From: a virus
Lineage: Duplodnaviria > Caudoviricetes
DNA: 64,000 nt
Strand: one strand, 5' to 3'
IMG/VR virus record: IMGVR_UViG_3300020050_016625
Span: 32,001 to 96,000 of that record
Part shown: positions 20,128-30,066 of the stretch, in pieces
How positions within the stretch are numbered: position 1 is the first letter of the stretch
Layout: each line of letters starts with the position of its first letter
Position numbers and translations under genes: made by a program
Notes under the pieces: model-generated
The model's database searches: none
Told to the model about the DNA's origin: nothing
What the model saw: the letters and a program-made list of their open reading frames with translations, nothing else

Positions 20128-21477
20128 ATATTTCAATTTATTAGATTTACAAATAGGCTGCTTAGATACCTAACAAGTGTCGATATAAGCAATATTATGG
20201 CAAATATGCAAGCCACATACTTTGATGACTTGCCTTTTAGTGAGGATAATAGGGTAGTATATTGCTTTCCAAAGGAATTAGCATTGCAAATATCTGGTAT
20301 AGAAACAGCCGCTTTGGTAGGACTTGCTACAAAGAATGGTAATTTTGAAACCCTTAGCGCAATTGGTACGCCTAACAATGCAGAAATAAAAACCTTTAAC
20401 TTCGGAAATAAGCGAATTGAGGCTGTAATGTTTGATACAGCCCCTTTGAGTGCTTTTCAAATAGAGTTTAGCCATTCAAATTACGATACTTTATCTGCAT
20501 TTTCAGATTATATTAAGCCTAAATTAGCAAGTGGGAATAGTACCGTAATAAATAATTTCTCCTCAAATGGAAATATAGTTTATTTCGATTTAGCTGCAAA
20601 TACTTCTATCCCATCAAGTGCTTTTGGGGAAACCGCAGACGTTATTAATGTTATTGATAGTGCAGGGCAAATAACGGCAATAGGTGATTATTGCTTTGAT
20701 AGTTCTTATATTGTTAGCGTAAATCTTCCTTCTGTAACTGAAATTCCTGTTGGTGCTTTTTCATATTGCGATAGACTAACAGATGCAACTTTTGGTGCTG
20801 TAACGGATATTAATACTACTGCATTTGCGTATTGTACAGCCCTACAAACACCTACTTTTTTCAATACAGTAGTTACAATAGGTGCGGAGGCTTTTTTGAA
20901 TTGCACTACGATTGATTATGCAGTTTGTCCTTTACTTGAAACGGCGGGCGCAAGTGCCTTTAAAGGTTGTACTACATTAGAAGGTTTCGCATTTGATGTA
21001 TTGCAGGTGTTTGAAAATAATGTATTTGAGGATTGTACTGCATTGTTTGAACCTACGGCTGATAGCATAATAGAAATTAAACATAGTGCATTTAAGGGCT
21101 GTACAAGTGCAAACGTTTTTCCGTTTGATATGGCACAAAATATTGGCGATTCTGCATTTGAAGGCTGTATTTCATTAGATAACGCACACTACACAGCCGC
21201 AAGTGCAATAGGCGCAAGGGCTTTTCATAATTGTAGTGCCTTAGAAGTGATTAATATTGAAGCTGCTACATCGGTGGGAAATAATTGCTTTGATGGGTGT
21301 ACAAGTTGTACGCAAATACGCATGAACTCCGTAACATCTTGTGGTAATAATTCTAATAACAATAGCGTATTTGATAATATGACTTACGTAGGATTAGCGG
21401 TTTATATTAATAGTGCTATTGCTTCTGATTTAGATATAACTCAAATACAATCAGCAGGGGCAAATGTGTTTTATTAA
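20128..21477 (+). CDS. BspA-type leucine-rich repeat protein (paralogue 1)
   Basis: Repeats of IGxxAFxxCxxL; shared N-terminal domain; start uncertain (ATA 20128 by homology, ATG 20197). Confidence 0.88.
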   Translation: MFQFIRFTNRLLRYLTSVDISNIMANMQATYFDDLPFSEDNRVVYCFPKELALQISGIETAALVGLATKNGNFETLSAIGTPNNAEIKTFNFGNKRIEAVMFDTAPLSAFQIEFSHSNYDTLSAFSDYIKPKLASGNSTVINNFSSNGNIVYFDLAANTSIPSSAFGETADVINVIDSAGQITAIGDYCFDSSYIVSVNLPSVTEIPVGAFSYCDRLTDATFGAVTDINTTAFAYCTALQTPTFFNTVVTIGAEAFLNCTTIDYAVCPLLETAGASAFKGCTTLEGFAFDVLQVFENNVFEDCTALFEPTADSIIEIKHSAFKGCTSANVFPFDMAQNIGDSAFEGCISLDNAHYTAASAIGARAFHNCSALEVINIEAATSVGNNCFDGCTSCTQIRMNSVTSCGNNSNNNSVFDNMTYVGLAVYINSAIASDLDITQIQSAGANVFY

Positions 21478-21576
21478 TAGAATAATGTAAAAATAAACGC
21501 AAAAGATATATTGCTTATATGTGCGTTGTACAACTTGCAAGCAATAGATATACTTTTGTATAAAAAATATAATACT

Positions 21577-22935
21577 ATGCAATTTTCAAGATTTGTTGAT
21601 AGGGCTATTAGGTATGTAGGGCATGTTCCAGTTGCTGACTACCTCGAAAGAATGAGAGATGTTTATGACGAGGATTTACCCTTAGACGAGAATAATAGAG
21701 TGCTTTACTTTTTTCCGCAGGAAAAAGCACTTGAATTAGGCGGTAAGTCTGATAGTGTATTAGTAGGATTTGCTTCAAAAAATGGTAAATTTGAACGACT
21801 ATCAAATTTAGGTACGCCTAATGAGGGTGAAATAAAAACAATGCGAATAAATAGAAAAACTATTGAAACAGTATTGTTTACGCCCTCTTATACAGAAGGC
21901 GCAATTTACATGTCATTCACAAGTGGCGATTATAGTACACAATCTGCATTTGAGGCTTACATAAAACCAAAACTCAATTCTGGTAATGAGGCTGTTATAA
22001 TGAATTTTAGTAGCGAGAGTAATATGATAGCCTTTAATTTACAACGTCCTACTGGCTTTAGGGTAAATGCCTTTTTGAATGATACGGAAGTAATTGAAAT
22101 AGTTGATTGGGCGGGACAAATACAGTCATTAGGCGAAAATTGCTTTAGAAATGCAACATCGCTAACTGGAACATTACTACCAAGTCTTACATCTATTCCA
22201 AAGAACGGATTTTTAGATTGTACTAACTTTGTAAATAACTATTTTGGCGAAAATTTAATATCATTAGGCGACAATGCTTTTAAAAACTGTATAGGCTTTA
22301 TTCCTTCTCCAAGTTTCGGAAAAACAGCAACTATTGGCGTTTCTGCATTTGAAGGCTGTAATGCAATAGAAACAATAAATATGCCTAATTTGGTCAAAAT
22401 GGGTGCAAGGGCATTTAAGGATTGCGGCGCTTTACTTTCTGTTGAATTTGAATCATTACCAACTATTAGCGAAAGTGCATTTGAGGGTTGCATATTGCTT
22501 GAAACCGCTAATGTAGTGAACGCAATTACTACACAGAAGAATTGCTTTAAAAATTGCTATGACTTGCACGTTATAAACATGGCTAATTTGGAAAATGTAG
22601 CGGAATCTGCTTTTGAAGGTTGTAGTTCTATGACTGCTTTTGATTTTACGGTTGCTTTAACGGCAGGTGTAAACGCATTTAAACGCTGTACATCTGTTAC
22701 TAATGTAGATTTACAAAATGCCACAAGTATAGGTAATAGTTGTTTTGAAGGCTGTACTGCCGCAACCTTAATCACTATTTGGGCTGCTACTACATTAGGC
22801 ACAACGACCGCAAACAATAGGGTTTTTTACGGTTGCACTTATTCAGGATTAAGGATAAATATAAATAGTTCTATTCAAAACGATAGCGATATTTTAGATG
22901 CGCAAGCAGGGGGCGCAAATATCGTAATAGACTAA
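21577..22935 (+). CDS. BspA-type leucine-rich repeat protein (paralogue 2)
   Basis: LRR_5-type repeats; ATG 21577 (MQFSRF). Confidence 0.9.
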   Translation: MQFSRFVDRAIRYVGHVPVADYLERMRDVYDEDLPLDENNRVLYFFPQEKALELGGKSDSVLVGFASKNGKFERLSNLGTPNEGEIKTMRINRKTIETVLFTPSYTEGAIYMSFTSGDYSTQSAFEAYIKPKLNSGNEAVIMNFSSESNMIAFNLQRPTGFRVNAFLNDTEVIEIVDWAGQIQSLGENCFRNATSLTGTLLPSLTSIPKNGFLDCTNFVNNYFGENLISLGDNAFKNCIGFIPSPSFGKTATIGVSAFEGCNAIETINMPNLVKMGARAFKDCGALLSVEFESLPTISESAFEGCILLETANVVNAITTQKNCFKNCYDLHVINMANLENVAESAFEGCSSMTAFDFTVALTAGVNAFKRCTSVTNVDLQNATSIGNSCFEGCTAATLITIWAATTLGTTTANNRVFYGCTYSGLRININSSIQNDSDILDAQAGGANIVID

Positions 22936-22949
22936 TTTTGCTTAGATAT

Positions 22950-22990
22950 AAAAAACGCTGCATAAATCAATATGCAGCGTTTTTTGTTTA
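22950..22990. terminator. Bidirectional terminator; 40/41-nt inverted copy of 57149-57189
   Basis: AAAAAACGCTGCATA..TATGCAGCGTTTTTT. Confidence 0.85.
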
Positions 22991-23028
22991 CGTGTTTCTT
23001 AGAATCAATACAGACTTTTATGTAGCTA

Positions 23029-23334
23029 TTATCTCAATTTAGATACATGACTTGTTTTTTCTTTTGCGCAGAAATGTGTTGATTTGACTACACCATCGCC
23101 CTGCTTAAACTCCCTTATTGCAAATGTATGCCCATCGTCATTTGTTTGTGTATAATGGCAGTCATACCAAGTGCCATCGTTAAAATGTACACGTTCCCTA
23201 TATTTACCATTACGTGTATCATTCCCCAAAGAATCTGTACCAAACAATTCGTATGTATCGCTATTATCTATATAGTTTTGTGAGAACCCCGAAATAGCGA
23301 AAAACAAAAACATAATAAACAAATACTTTTTCAT
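23029..23334 (-). CDS. Secreted protein with Bacteroidota-type signal peptide
   Basis: MKKYLFIMFLFFAISGFS-Q; class I promoter at 23368-23390. Confidence 0.7.
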   Translation of the reverse strand: MKKYLFIMFLFFAISGFSQNYIDNSDTYELFGTDSLGNDTRNGKYRERVHFNDGTWYDCHYTQTNDDGHTFAIREFKQGDGVVKSTHFCAKEKTSHVSKLR

Positions 23335-23421
23335 AAAAATGGTTATTAAGTGTGTAATAAGCATTTTAACGAAAAAGTATTTGTTTTGTTTTTAAGATAA
23401 TTATATCTACATAAATATGTA

Positions 23422-23913
23422 TCAATATAAAGGTAGTTCTAATTTTGCTTCTTTAAAATATGCAGCATATTTATTTTTACCCTTAAATACAAAATCAACA
23501 TGCTTATTAACGTAGTTTGTGCGGAAAATACGTACATTATCATTTGAAACATCGCCAGTTACTTGCATTAACTCTAATATCTTTTGCTCAAAAATAGGAC
23601 GTATATGTGCAGGTATTTCTGTAATTCTATCACCTTTGAATCTATCAATAGGATATTCAATATTTAAACCCGTTTTTGCGCCTAATGCCTCAAATATCTG
23701 AAATAAACGCTCCAAAGAAACGCTGCGAATAGCAACGCCTTTTTTGTTTTTGGTAGTATTTGCGCCCTTAATAATATTTGCCACTGTTGCAGCAGAAATA
23801 TTAATACCCTTATCCTGCATGACTTTTGCTACTTTCACATACGTTGTACGCTGTTCCTTATAGCATGTTTGTATTTTAGCGGTTAAACCTGCTTTTGTTT
23901 CTTCTATATTCAT
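23422..23913 (-). CDS. Cro/CI-like HTH transcriptional regulator
   Basis: TYVKVAKVM..INISAATVANIIKG..VSLERLFQIFEALG; flanked on both sides by operator palindromes. Confidence 0.65.
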   Translation of the reverse strand: MNIEETKAGLTAKIQTCYKEQRTTYVKVAKVMQDKGINISAATVANIIKGANTTKNKKGVAIRSVSLERLFQIFEALGAKTGLNIEYPIDRFKGDRITEIPAHIRPIFEQKILELMQVTGDVSNDNVRIFRTNYVNKHVDFVFKGKNKYAAYFKEAKLELPLY

Positions 23914-24046
23914 TTTGTAATTAAATTAAACCTTATAACGAAAAGCATATAAATAATGTTTTAGACTACATGTTTATGTGGTTTCAATATAAATACAAAA
24001 CCTTCTGCATAGTTAAGTCGTATTAGTATCATAATCAAATAATATT

Positions 24047-24451
24047 ATGACAAAGTCGCAAATTTTTACAACTGCATGGGATAGAGTGCGCAATACAGGT
24101 TGCACAATAGGATATGCACTTAAACGTGTGTATGGTAGCTTGCGTTGTAAGAAATTTGCGACTGTATATAGCAGCAAATTGTTTGATATGTTTCATAGTG
24201 TTGAAAAGGGAATTGCTAAAAATAATGTTGCTGCTTATTCAATTGCGCAAAAAAATGTAGTTGCTGCAAAAGAAGTATTAAGAAATATGTATAAGTACAT
24301 GATTACAAATAGCGATTTGGCAAATATCGTAATCATAACAGCCCTAAATACAATAGCAGGTATAGTAAAAAGCATCGAACTACCTTCTATTGAAAAGTTG
24401 TACAAGGCTGTAAACACCGCACTTAGTGAGGGTTTTATTTGTCAATTTTAA
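24047..24451 (+). CDS. Hypothetical protein (KSQIFTTAW N-terminus)
   Basis: Divergent from HTH gene; class I promoter at 23999-24022. Confidence 0.65.
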   Translation: MTKSQIFTTAWDRVRNTGCTIGYALKRVYGSLRCKKFATVYSSKLFDMFHSVEKGIAKNNVAAYSIAQKNVVAAKEVLRNMYKYMITNSDLANIVIITALNTIAGIVKSIELPSIEKLYKAVNTALSEGFICQF

Positions 24452-24716
24452 TAAATGTTTTCCTTACGTAGCCTACCCCTTTGTACTCCTCAAAAGTGTA
24501 GGTTATTGCCTCGCCCCTATATATTTCGTGGCACAAAATAGCCCTGCCATTTGCAATAACCTCAACAGTAGGTTTTCCAAAAACAGCATCAAATTGATAG
24601 ATAGTTATGCTATCCATAACAATTTCAGATGTTGCGCCCACTTTTATGGTAGTAGGCGTTTGCGCTGCACAACTAATTGTAGCAAGAGATAAAGACGTAA
24701 AAATAAATATTTTCAT
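24435..24716 (-). CDS. Putative lipoprotein/secreted protein
   Basis: MKIFIFTSLSLATISC; class II promoter at 24738-24761 (minus). Confidence 0.6.
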   Translation of the reverse strand: MKIFIFTSLSLATISCAAQTPTTIKVGATSEIVMDSITIYQFDAVFGKPTVEVIANGRAILCHEIYRGEAITYTFEEYKGVGYVRKTFIKIDK

Positions 24717-24767
24717 ATTTGTATAATTATATAGGTATAACCAAGTAGTAGGCAATTTGTTTGTATA

Positions 24768-25022
24768 AAAAAAACACACGACCTACACAGCCGTATGTTT
24801 CAGAAATAGAAAAAAATGAAAATTCCAAAAAAGCGCAACCCTGCGAAGGGTTGTTTTATTTACATTGTGTAAGGTAACTTACACAGTTATATGTTTCAAA
24901 AGTGAAATGCAAAGACACCTAAAACTTTTTATGAAAAAACATACAACCTACACAGCCGTATGTCCTCTATATAAAAAAAATTATGAAACGAAAAAAAACA
25001 GAAAACTCAAAGCACAAAGATA
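24768..25022 (-). ncRNA. Candidate pair of small RNAs ending in a shared hairpin
   Basis: Repeat ACCTACACAGCCGTATGT at 24781 and 24946, variant at 24877; minus-strand hairpin plus U-tract; TATCTTTG at 25014-25021. Confidence 0.4.
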
Positions 25023-25109
25023 CGACTTTTATCTGAAACACAAAAAAAACATCAAAATAAATATAAACAATATTACATATATAGCTGTTATATAAGTAAA
25101 TATAGCATT

Positions 25110-25655
25110 ATGACAAAATATATATATCATAGCACATTAATAAATAGGGGTTGGACAAAGAAGTCAATAGACTTATTTCTACCAACACCCGATAAAACCG
25201 TTCCTAATCCAAATTACAAGAAAACGACTTCAAAGTTATACGACCTATCAAAAGTTGAAAGTATTGAGAAATCGAATGAGTTTAAGTTATTTCAAGAAAA
25301 GAACGCAAAAAAAGTACTTGGCAGCCAAAAGGCAGTTGAAACAAAAAGGGTTGCATTAATAAAATACATAAAAGATTTAGTTATAGAAGTTCCGCAATTC
25401 GATAAAGAAACCATTACGCAAAAGGCTTGCGACCATTACAATAGTGGTTACAATCGCTATGTAAATCAACCTGCAACGCCTGATTCAGATACGGGTTTCT
25501 TGAATAGAATCACATTGAATTTTTTGAGGCATACTATGACTGACTATGAAAAACAATTAAATACCATTTGGGGCAAAGTAGGGAATAGTGAGGCATATCA
25601 ATTATTGAAAGAAAAGGTAAATAACGCTATCAAAGAAAAATATAATTGGTTATGA
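25110..25655 (+). CDS. Hypothetical protein (RGWT..I..FL..PD....NP motif)
   Basis: 181 aa ORF. Confidence 0.7.
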   Translation: MTKYIYHSTLINRGWTKKSIDLFLPTPDKTVPNPNYKKTTSKLYDLSKVESIEKSNEFKLFQEKNAKKVLGSQKAVETKRVALIKYIKDLVIEVPQFDKETITQKACDHYNSGYNRYVNQPATPDSDTGFLNRITLNFLRHTMTDYEKQLNTIWGKVGNSEAYQLLKEKVNNAIKEKYNWL

Positions 25656-25930
25656 AAGAGTTTTTTAAACAACTATGTAAGAAATATCCTGACTTAAAAT
25701 TAGGATTGATTATCGAAAGTAATAAGGCTTTATGTATCGAATCTTTGTCTTACAAAGGTAATTTACATACTGCCATTACAAGCGAAATTATAGCCTATTT
25801 TAAGACACTTAATTTAGCTGCCATAATTATAGTAAAATGCGATTTTGATTTAACCTTGCATGGATTTACATTGCTGCAAAATAATTCGTATGAATACACT
25901 AATAAACTAAATTTCACATGGAACAAATAA
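25652..25930 (+). CDS. Hypothetical protein
   Basis: Coupled ORF. Confidence 0.55.
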   Translation: MKEFFKQLCKKYPDLKLGLIIESNKALCIESLSYKGNLHTAITSEIIAYFKTLNLAAIIIVKCDFDLTLHGFTLLQNNSYEYTNKLNFTWNK

Positions 25931-26766
25931 CCGCTATTGCTATTATAGAAAATAGCAAAATTGAAGTAAGTCAAAAACAATCGCTTATCGAAACCATACA
26001 ACCGTATATCGAAACTATACAGGAATGGAAAAAAAACGCATTTCTTTGTGTAGTAACAGATGTGTCGCAAACTGACTACATAGATGTCGCAAAACAAGGC
26101 TGTAAAGAAATTGTAAAAATACGTACTACCTTAGAATCGTTGCGCAAAGAGAAAAAAGCAACTGCACTCGAATATGGTAGAATTATAGATGCAATCTTCA
26201 AAACGATTACAAGCGAAATAGAACCAATTGAAACGCATTTAAAAACACAAGCTACTTTTATAGAAACCGAAAAGAAGCGTAAAGAAAAAGAAATATATGA
26301 TTTACGGATAAATCTATGTGAGCCATATAGAGATTTTTTTCCATACGGTTTTTGGGAACAAAACCAAATCGTTGTAATGGGAAATGAATATTTTGAGCTT
26401 ACCCTGCAAACCGTAAAAGAAAAATATAATGCTGCGCAAATAGAAAAAGAAAGAATTGAGAATGAAAGAATTGCAGCAGAAAATCTACGTTTGCAGGAAA
26501 TTGAGGCGCAAAAGAAAGAGTTTGAACGATTAAAGTTAGAAAATGAAAAACTGAAAAAAGAAATCGAAAAACCAAAGGCTATTGAGCTCCCACCTTTACC
26601 TGAAATAAAAGACAGTACCGAAAAAGACTATTGGTTAAAGGTTGCTGATAATTACAGGAAAATGCAATTTCAGGACTTTGGCACATCACTAAGTAAAAAG
26701 GTTATAGCTGATTTAAGTGTATTAAATGAGAAAATAGCTACACATATTGAGAAGATAATAGGATAA
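25918..26766 (+). CDS. Coiled-coil protein, DUF1351-like
   Basis: IVKIRTTLESLRKEKKATALEYGRIID..IEPIETHL pattern. Confidence 0.55.
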   Translation: MEQITAIAIIENSKIEVSQKQSLIETIQPYIETIQEWKKNAFLCVVTDVSQTDYIDVAKQGCKEIVKIRTTLESLRKEKKATALEYGRIIDAIFKTITSEIEPIETHLKTQATFIETEKKRKEKEIYDLRINLCEPYRDFFPYGFWEQNQIVVMGNEYFELTLQTVKEKYNAAQIEKERIENERIAAENLRLQEIEAQKKEFERLKLENEKLKKEIEKPKAIELPPLPEIKDSTEKDYWLKVADNYRKMQFQDFGTSLSKKVIADLSVLNEKIATHIEKIIG

Positions 26767-26771
26767 AAAGA

Positions 26772-26803
26772 AATGCGTTATAGCTTCACAGCCGTAACGC
26801 ATT
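26772..26803. terminator. Terminator hairpin between convergent genes
   Basis: AATGCGTTATAGC-ttcaca-GCCGTAACGCATT. Confidence 0.7.
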
Positions 26804-26823
26804 GTTCTTTAAAAATACAAATA

Positions 26824-27465
26824 TCAATATTTTCTCAATAAATTAATCAATTTCTCGCAAGGGAAGCAATCAAATTTATCTTTTCTAAAATTTGTGTGCG
26901 TATAAATATTCCTACCCTTTAAAAGTCCTTTATTTAGGCTTGGGATAAAATCAAACCAATCACTATCTACACTTCCTGATTCGGGCTTAAACTTCATAGT
27001 AGTGCCTATATAGTCTATCAATTGCCCCAAAGATTCTACTTGCTTTTCTGTATATGTCTCCCAAAAATCAAAACCCCTAAACTCACATGTTTCAACTATC
27101 TTTGCATCTACTTTCTTTTTCGTAACAGGGCTAATATAATCGTTTCCTTTTTTCTCCAAATATCCTAAACTGCAAATTTCGATACTTACAGCTTGTGATT
27201 CTAATGCTATTCTATTTGGATATTCCTTTGTTTTTAAGCCTAAATGATAGCCATAATAAAGCATAGACATTGTTTGATAAATGTCTCCATTTCTATCTAT
27301 GATAAAATGTGTAGCTACCTTATCGCTATTTGATTTCCAGTATTCAATAGAACTCATTGCACTGCCACCTGCGGTGTGGTGCAAAGCAATGTATTTCTTT
27401 TCCGTTGTCTCATGTACATATTGAGAAACAGGTAGAATATTTCTAATAATTTGTATGCCTTCCAT
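26824..27465 (-). CDS. Endolysin, N-acetylmuramoyl-L-alanine amidase (Amidase_2)
   Basis: IALHHTAG, ATHFIIDRNGDIYQ, SIEIC, YTEKQVESL, IYTH..RKDKFDC. Confidence 0.92.
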   Translation of the reverse strand: MEGIQIIRNILPVSQYVHETTEKKYIALHHTAGGSAMSSIEYWKSNSDKVATHFIIDRNGDIYQTMSMLYYGYHLGLKTKEYPNRIALESQAVSIEICSLGYLEKKGNDYISPVTKKKVDAKIVETCEFRGFDFWETYTEKQVESLGQLIDYIGTTMKFKPESGSVDSDWFDFIPSLNKGLLKGRNIYTHTNFRKDKFDCFPCEKLINLLRKY

Positions 27466-27748
27466 GTCGTCTAATTGCTAAATAGGTTATATATGTTACT
27501 ATAATGAGTAGTAAGTCAATGATTATATACGAATTTGAAGCAAATAATTTAAGCATTTCATTGCTCGGATTAAATGCCATTACAAGACTATGTAGTCCTG
27601 CTATAAAATTAACAGTACACAATGATAAATCTTTTACCAATAGTACTTTATCAATCGTATTATAATACTGCCAAAGAGAAACTATTACAACGAATGAGCT
27701 AACAAGTAATACTGTCCCTATTGTAATATTAGTAATATTTATAATCAT
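27443..27748 (-). CDS. Membrane protein (3 TM), holin/antiholin candidate
   Basis: Hydrophobic; adjacent to amidase. Confidence 0.55.
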   Translation of the reverse strand: MIINITNITIGTVLLVSSFVVIVSLWQYYNTIDKVLLVKDLSLCTVNFIAGLHSLVMAFNPSNEMLKLFASNSYIIIDLLLIIVTYITYLAIRRHGRHTNY

Positions 27749-28044
27749 TATTCTTTATTTTTTAAGCCTAAAAACTTACGTAGTATTTCGGGCATATTTG
27801 AATCCACAAATGTATATACTTTTTTCGCAGATAGCGCAATTAATACAGTTACTAATATTTCATGTTGTTTAAGTAGTTCAAATTCAATCCCTATAAATTG
27901 CACTAAACATGCCATTATACCACTTGCAAGCCATTCAGAAATGGCGGTACGAGCGTTTATATCTTTCTTATCCCTAACTGAAAATAAAATACGTACAATC
28001 GGGGCAAAAAAACTTATTGCTATTAAGAAGTAATTTATATTCAT
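27748..28044 (-). CDS. Holin candidate
   Basis: 98 aa, 3 TM, charged C-terminus; TATCTTTG promoter at 28061-28068. Confidence 0.65.
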   Translation of the reverse strand: MNINYFLIAISFFAPIVRILFSVRDKKDINARTAISEWLASGIMACLVQFIGIEFELLKQHEILVTVLIALSAKKVYTFVDSNMPEILRKFLGLKNKE

Positions 28045-28309
28045 GTTAGTTATTTATTCGCAAAGATATGTTACTTTTAGGCTTGTGGTTTCTACTCATT
28101 CAATGTTTTGTAATATTTTTTATAAAAACGAATAAAAACGGCTTATTTTTACTTAAATGCTTAATTATTTAGCACATATTGTGCCATTTTTTTATATATA
28201 TACTTGTAAGTAAAATAGGTAATTAGCCTTTTTATACGCAATATAATTGAAATAGCAAACAATTTATTACAAAATGAGTTATAGCTATATTACTTTTAAT
28301 CATTAATTT

Positions 28310-28489
28310 ATGAAAAAACTTATTCTTAACTGTTTGAAACTGCAAAGTGCAGGGCTTGTAACGATTCAAAATTATTTGAAACAAAACGGTTACAATGCTA
28401 CTATTAATGAGGTGCAAAGCGAGGCTAATAGCTTGGTTGCGGCAGGTAACGCAACACTTAATGCAGGGGTTTATGAATTTAATAATTAA
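28310..28489 (+). CDS. Small protein, 59 aa (not in ORF track)
   Basis: MKKLILNCLKLQSAGLVTIQNYLKQNGYNATINEVQSEANSLVAAGNATLNAGVYEFNN; class II promoter at 28258-28281. Confidence 0.65.
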   Translation: MKKLILNCLKLQSAGLVTIQNYLKQNGYNATINEVQSEANSLVAAGNATLNAGVYEFNN

Positions 28490-28492
28490 ACC

Positions 28493-28921
28493 ATGAAAAT
28501 AAAAGTATTGCTTGTTAGTAGAATATCTCACCACGACATATTTTGGCAAAATCAAATACGATGTGCAGTAGATGTTAATGATAGCATTTTTCATTCAGTA
28601 GATAATAGTAATGAAAATCCTATCTTTCATTCTATTTCTGCATACGAATTAAGTCAAGAAATGAATCTACCTTTTTTGACTGAAAAGCAAATAAAGTACG
28701 TCTATCAAAATATGGCAGATAGCAATGTTTATATGAAAGATAGATTTGACTACATAATGTGCAATCTGTTTATATTTGAACCTGACAATGGTATAGAATA
28801 CAAAACGGTAAAGCAAAACATACAATCACTATATGATTTGTTTTTTGAGATGCAAGAAATTGAACAATACAAAATACTTGAAAATATTTTTAACAAAAGA
28901 TATGCTGAACAAAATAGTTGA
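28493..28921 (+). CDS. Hypothetical protein
   Basis: ORF. Confidence 0.6.
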   Translation: MKIKVLLVSRISHHDIFWQNQIRCAVDVNDSIFHSVDNSNENPIFHSISAYELSQEMNLPFLTEKQIKYVYQNMADSNVYMKDRFDYIMCNLFIFEPDNGIEYKTVKQNIQSLYDLFFEMQEIEQYKILENIFNKRYAEQNS

Positions 28922-29336
28922 AACACTAAAACAATTAACCGCAACTGAAAATGTAGTAGTAGGCGGTGCAAGAAATCCAGAAATGATAGTATTTTCAGAA
29001 AGATACTACGATGGCATTTCAGATAATGACTATAATGAGAAATTACGAGAAATTGCGCAAGAAATTCTTATCGGCATTGTAGGTAATATAGATGTAACGG
29101 AAATTACAGATATATATAATGACTATACATTATGTGTAGTTTCAGGAAGTACCGTTGGAATATCAATAGAACAGATACAATATATTGTAGGATTTGATAA
29201 TTCAGAAAAAGAAGTATTTGTCAATATATTCAATTTATTGCCTGAAATTAAGAAAAAAGAGTTTGTCAAAAATATTTTAGTAGTAGGCAAAATAAAAGAG
29301 TTATTGATAGAACCTTTTACAAGCAAATCCGTATAA
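28902..29336 (+). CDS. Hypothetical protein
   Basis: Likely start MLNKIV. Confidence 0.55.
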   Translation: MLNKIVETLKQLTATENVVVGGARNPEMIVFSERYYDGISDNDYNEKLREIAQEILIGIVGNIDVTEITDIYNDYTLCVVSGSTVGISIEQIQYIVGFDNSEKEVFVNIFNLLPEIKKKEFVKNILVVGKIKELLIEPFTSKSV

Positions 29337-29358
29337 GTACATATAACCAATAATTATT

Positions 29359-29469
29359 ATGCTAAAAATTAAACTTTTATTACCACCGTTAAAAAGAGAC
29401 ATTAATGTATGTGGAAATTGCGGAGCTACATTAGTAAAAGGACTTGTTTTCTGTCCTACATGTGGCTAA
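29359..29469 (+). CDS. 36-aa zinc-ribbon peptide
   Basis: MLKIKLLLPPLKRDINVCGNCGATLVKGLVFCPTCG; class I promoter at 29311-29333. Confidence 0.7.
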   Translation: MLKIKLLLPPLKRDINVCGNCGATLVKGLVFCPTCG

Positions 29470-29516
29470 TCTTTAACAAGTGCATGGTTTTACCTTGCAC
29501 TTTTTTCTTTTATATC

Positions 29517-30023
29517 ATGGAACTAAAACAAGCGCAAGAAATTGCATATACATTATTAGACCCGCTTTCTCCTTACTGCGATAAAATCGAAATAGCAGGT
29601 TCTGTAAGGCGAAAAAAGGGTTTTGTGAAAGATATTGAGTTAGTGTGTATCCCAAAGAAAGATTCAATAAAAGATTTATTTGGCAATGAATCTGAAACAA
29701 TACATTCTTTTCATGGTATATTAAGTGAATTTACCATAAATAAGGGCAATACAAGAACTGGAAAATACATTCAATTTCAAACACAAGGGATAAATGTAGA
29801 TTTATTTACAGCAACAAAAGAAAATTTTGGATTAACACTTGCTGTAAGGACAGGCTCTGCAAACTTTTCACATACAGTTTTAGCAAAGGGCTGGGTAAGG
29901 AACGGATATACAAGCAAGGAAAATATATTGTATAAAAATGGAATTGCTCACCCTATCTATACTGAAAAAGATTTGTTTGATTTAATAGGGGTTGATTTTA
30001 TTGAACCCGAAAATAGGGCTTAG
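29517..30023 (+). CDS. Minimal DNA polymerase X/beta-family nucleotidyltransferase
   Basis: IEIAGSVRR, KDIELV, VDLF, RTGS, TEKDLFDLIG..FIEPENR. Confidence 0.85.
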   Translation: MELKQAQEIAYTLLDPLSPYCDKIEIAGSVRRKKGFVKDIELVCIPKKDSIKDLFGNESETIHSFHGILSEFTINKGNTRTGKYIQFQTQGINVDLFTATKENFGLTLAVRTGSANFSHTVLAKGWVRNGYTSKENILYKNGIAHPIYTEKDLFDLIGVDFIEPENRA

Positions 30024-30066
30024 TATCTATAACAAACACAGCTAATAATATCATTGGCTGTGTTTG

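Noticed and set aside
24770-24963. CRISPR mini-array
   Set aside because: Only 2-3 degenerate repeats with irregular spacing (96 and 69 nt); no cas genes
24865-25095. 76-aa ORF from the track
   Set aside because: TTG start, low-complexity poly-A-derived sequence, overlaps regulatory repeats
29409-29516. N-terminal extensions in the ORF track (also 19644..20099, 21511, 32900, 36309, 41110, 44820, 50517)
   Set aside because: They run through promoters, terminators or another small ORF; downstream starts fit better
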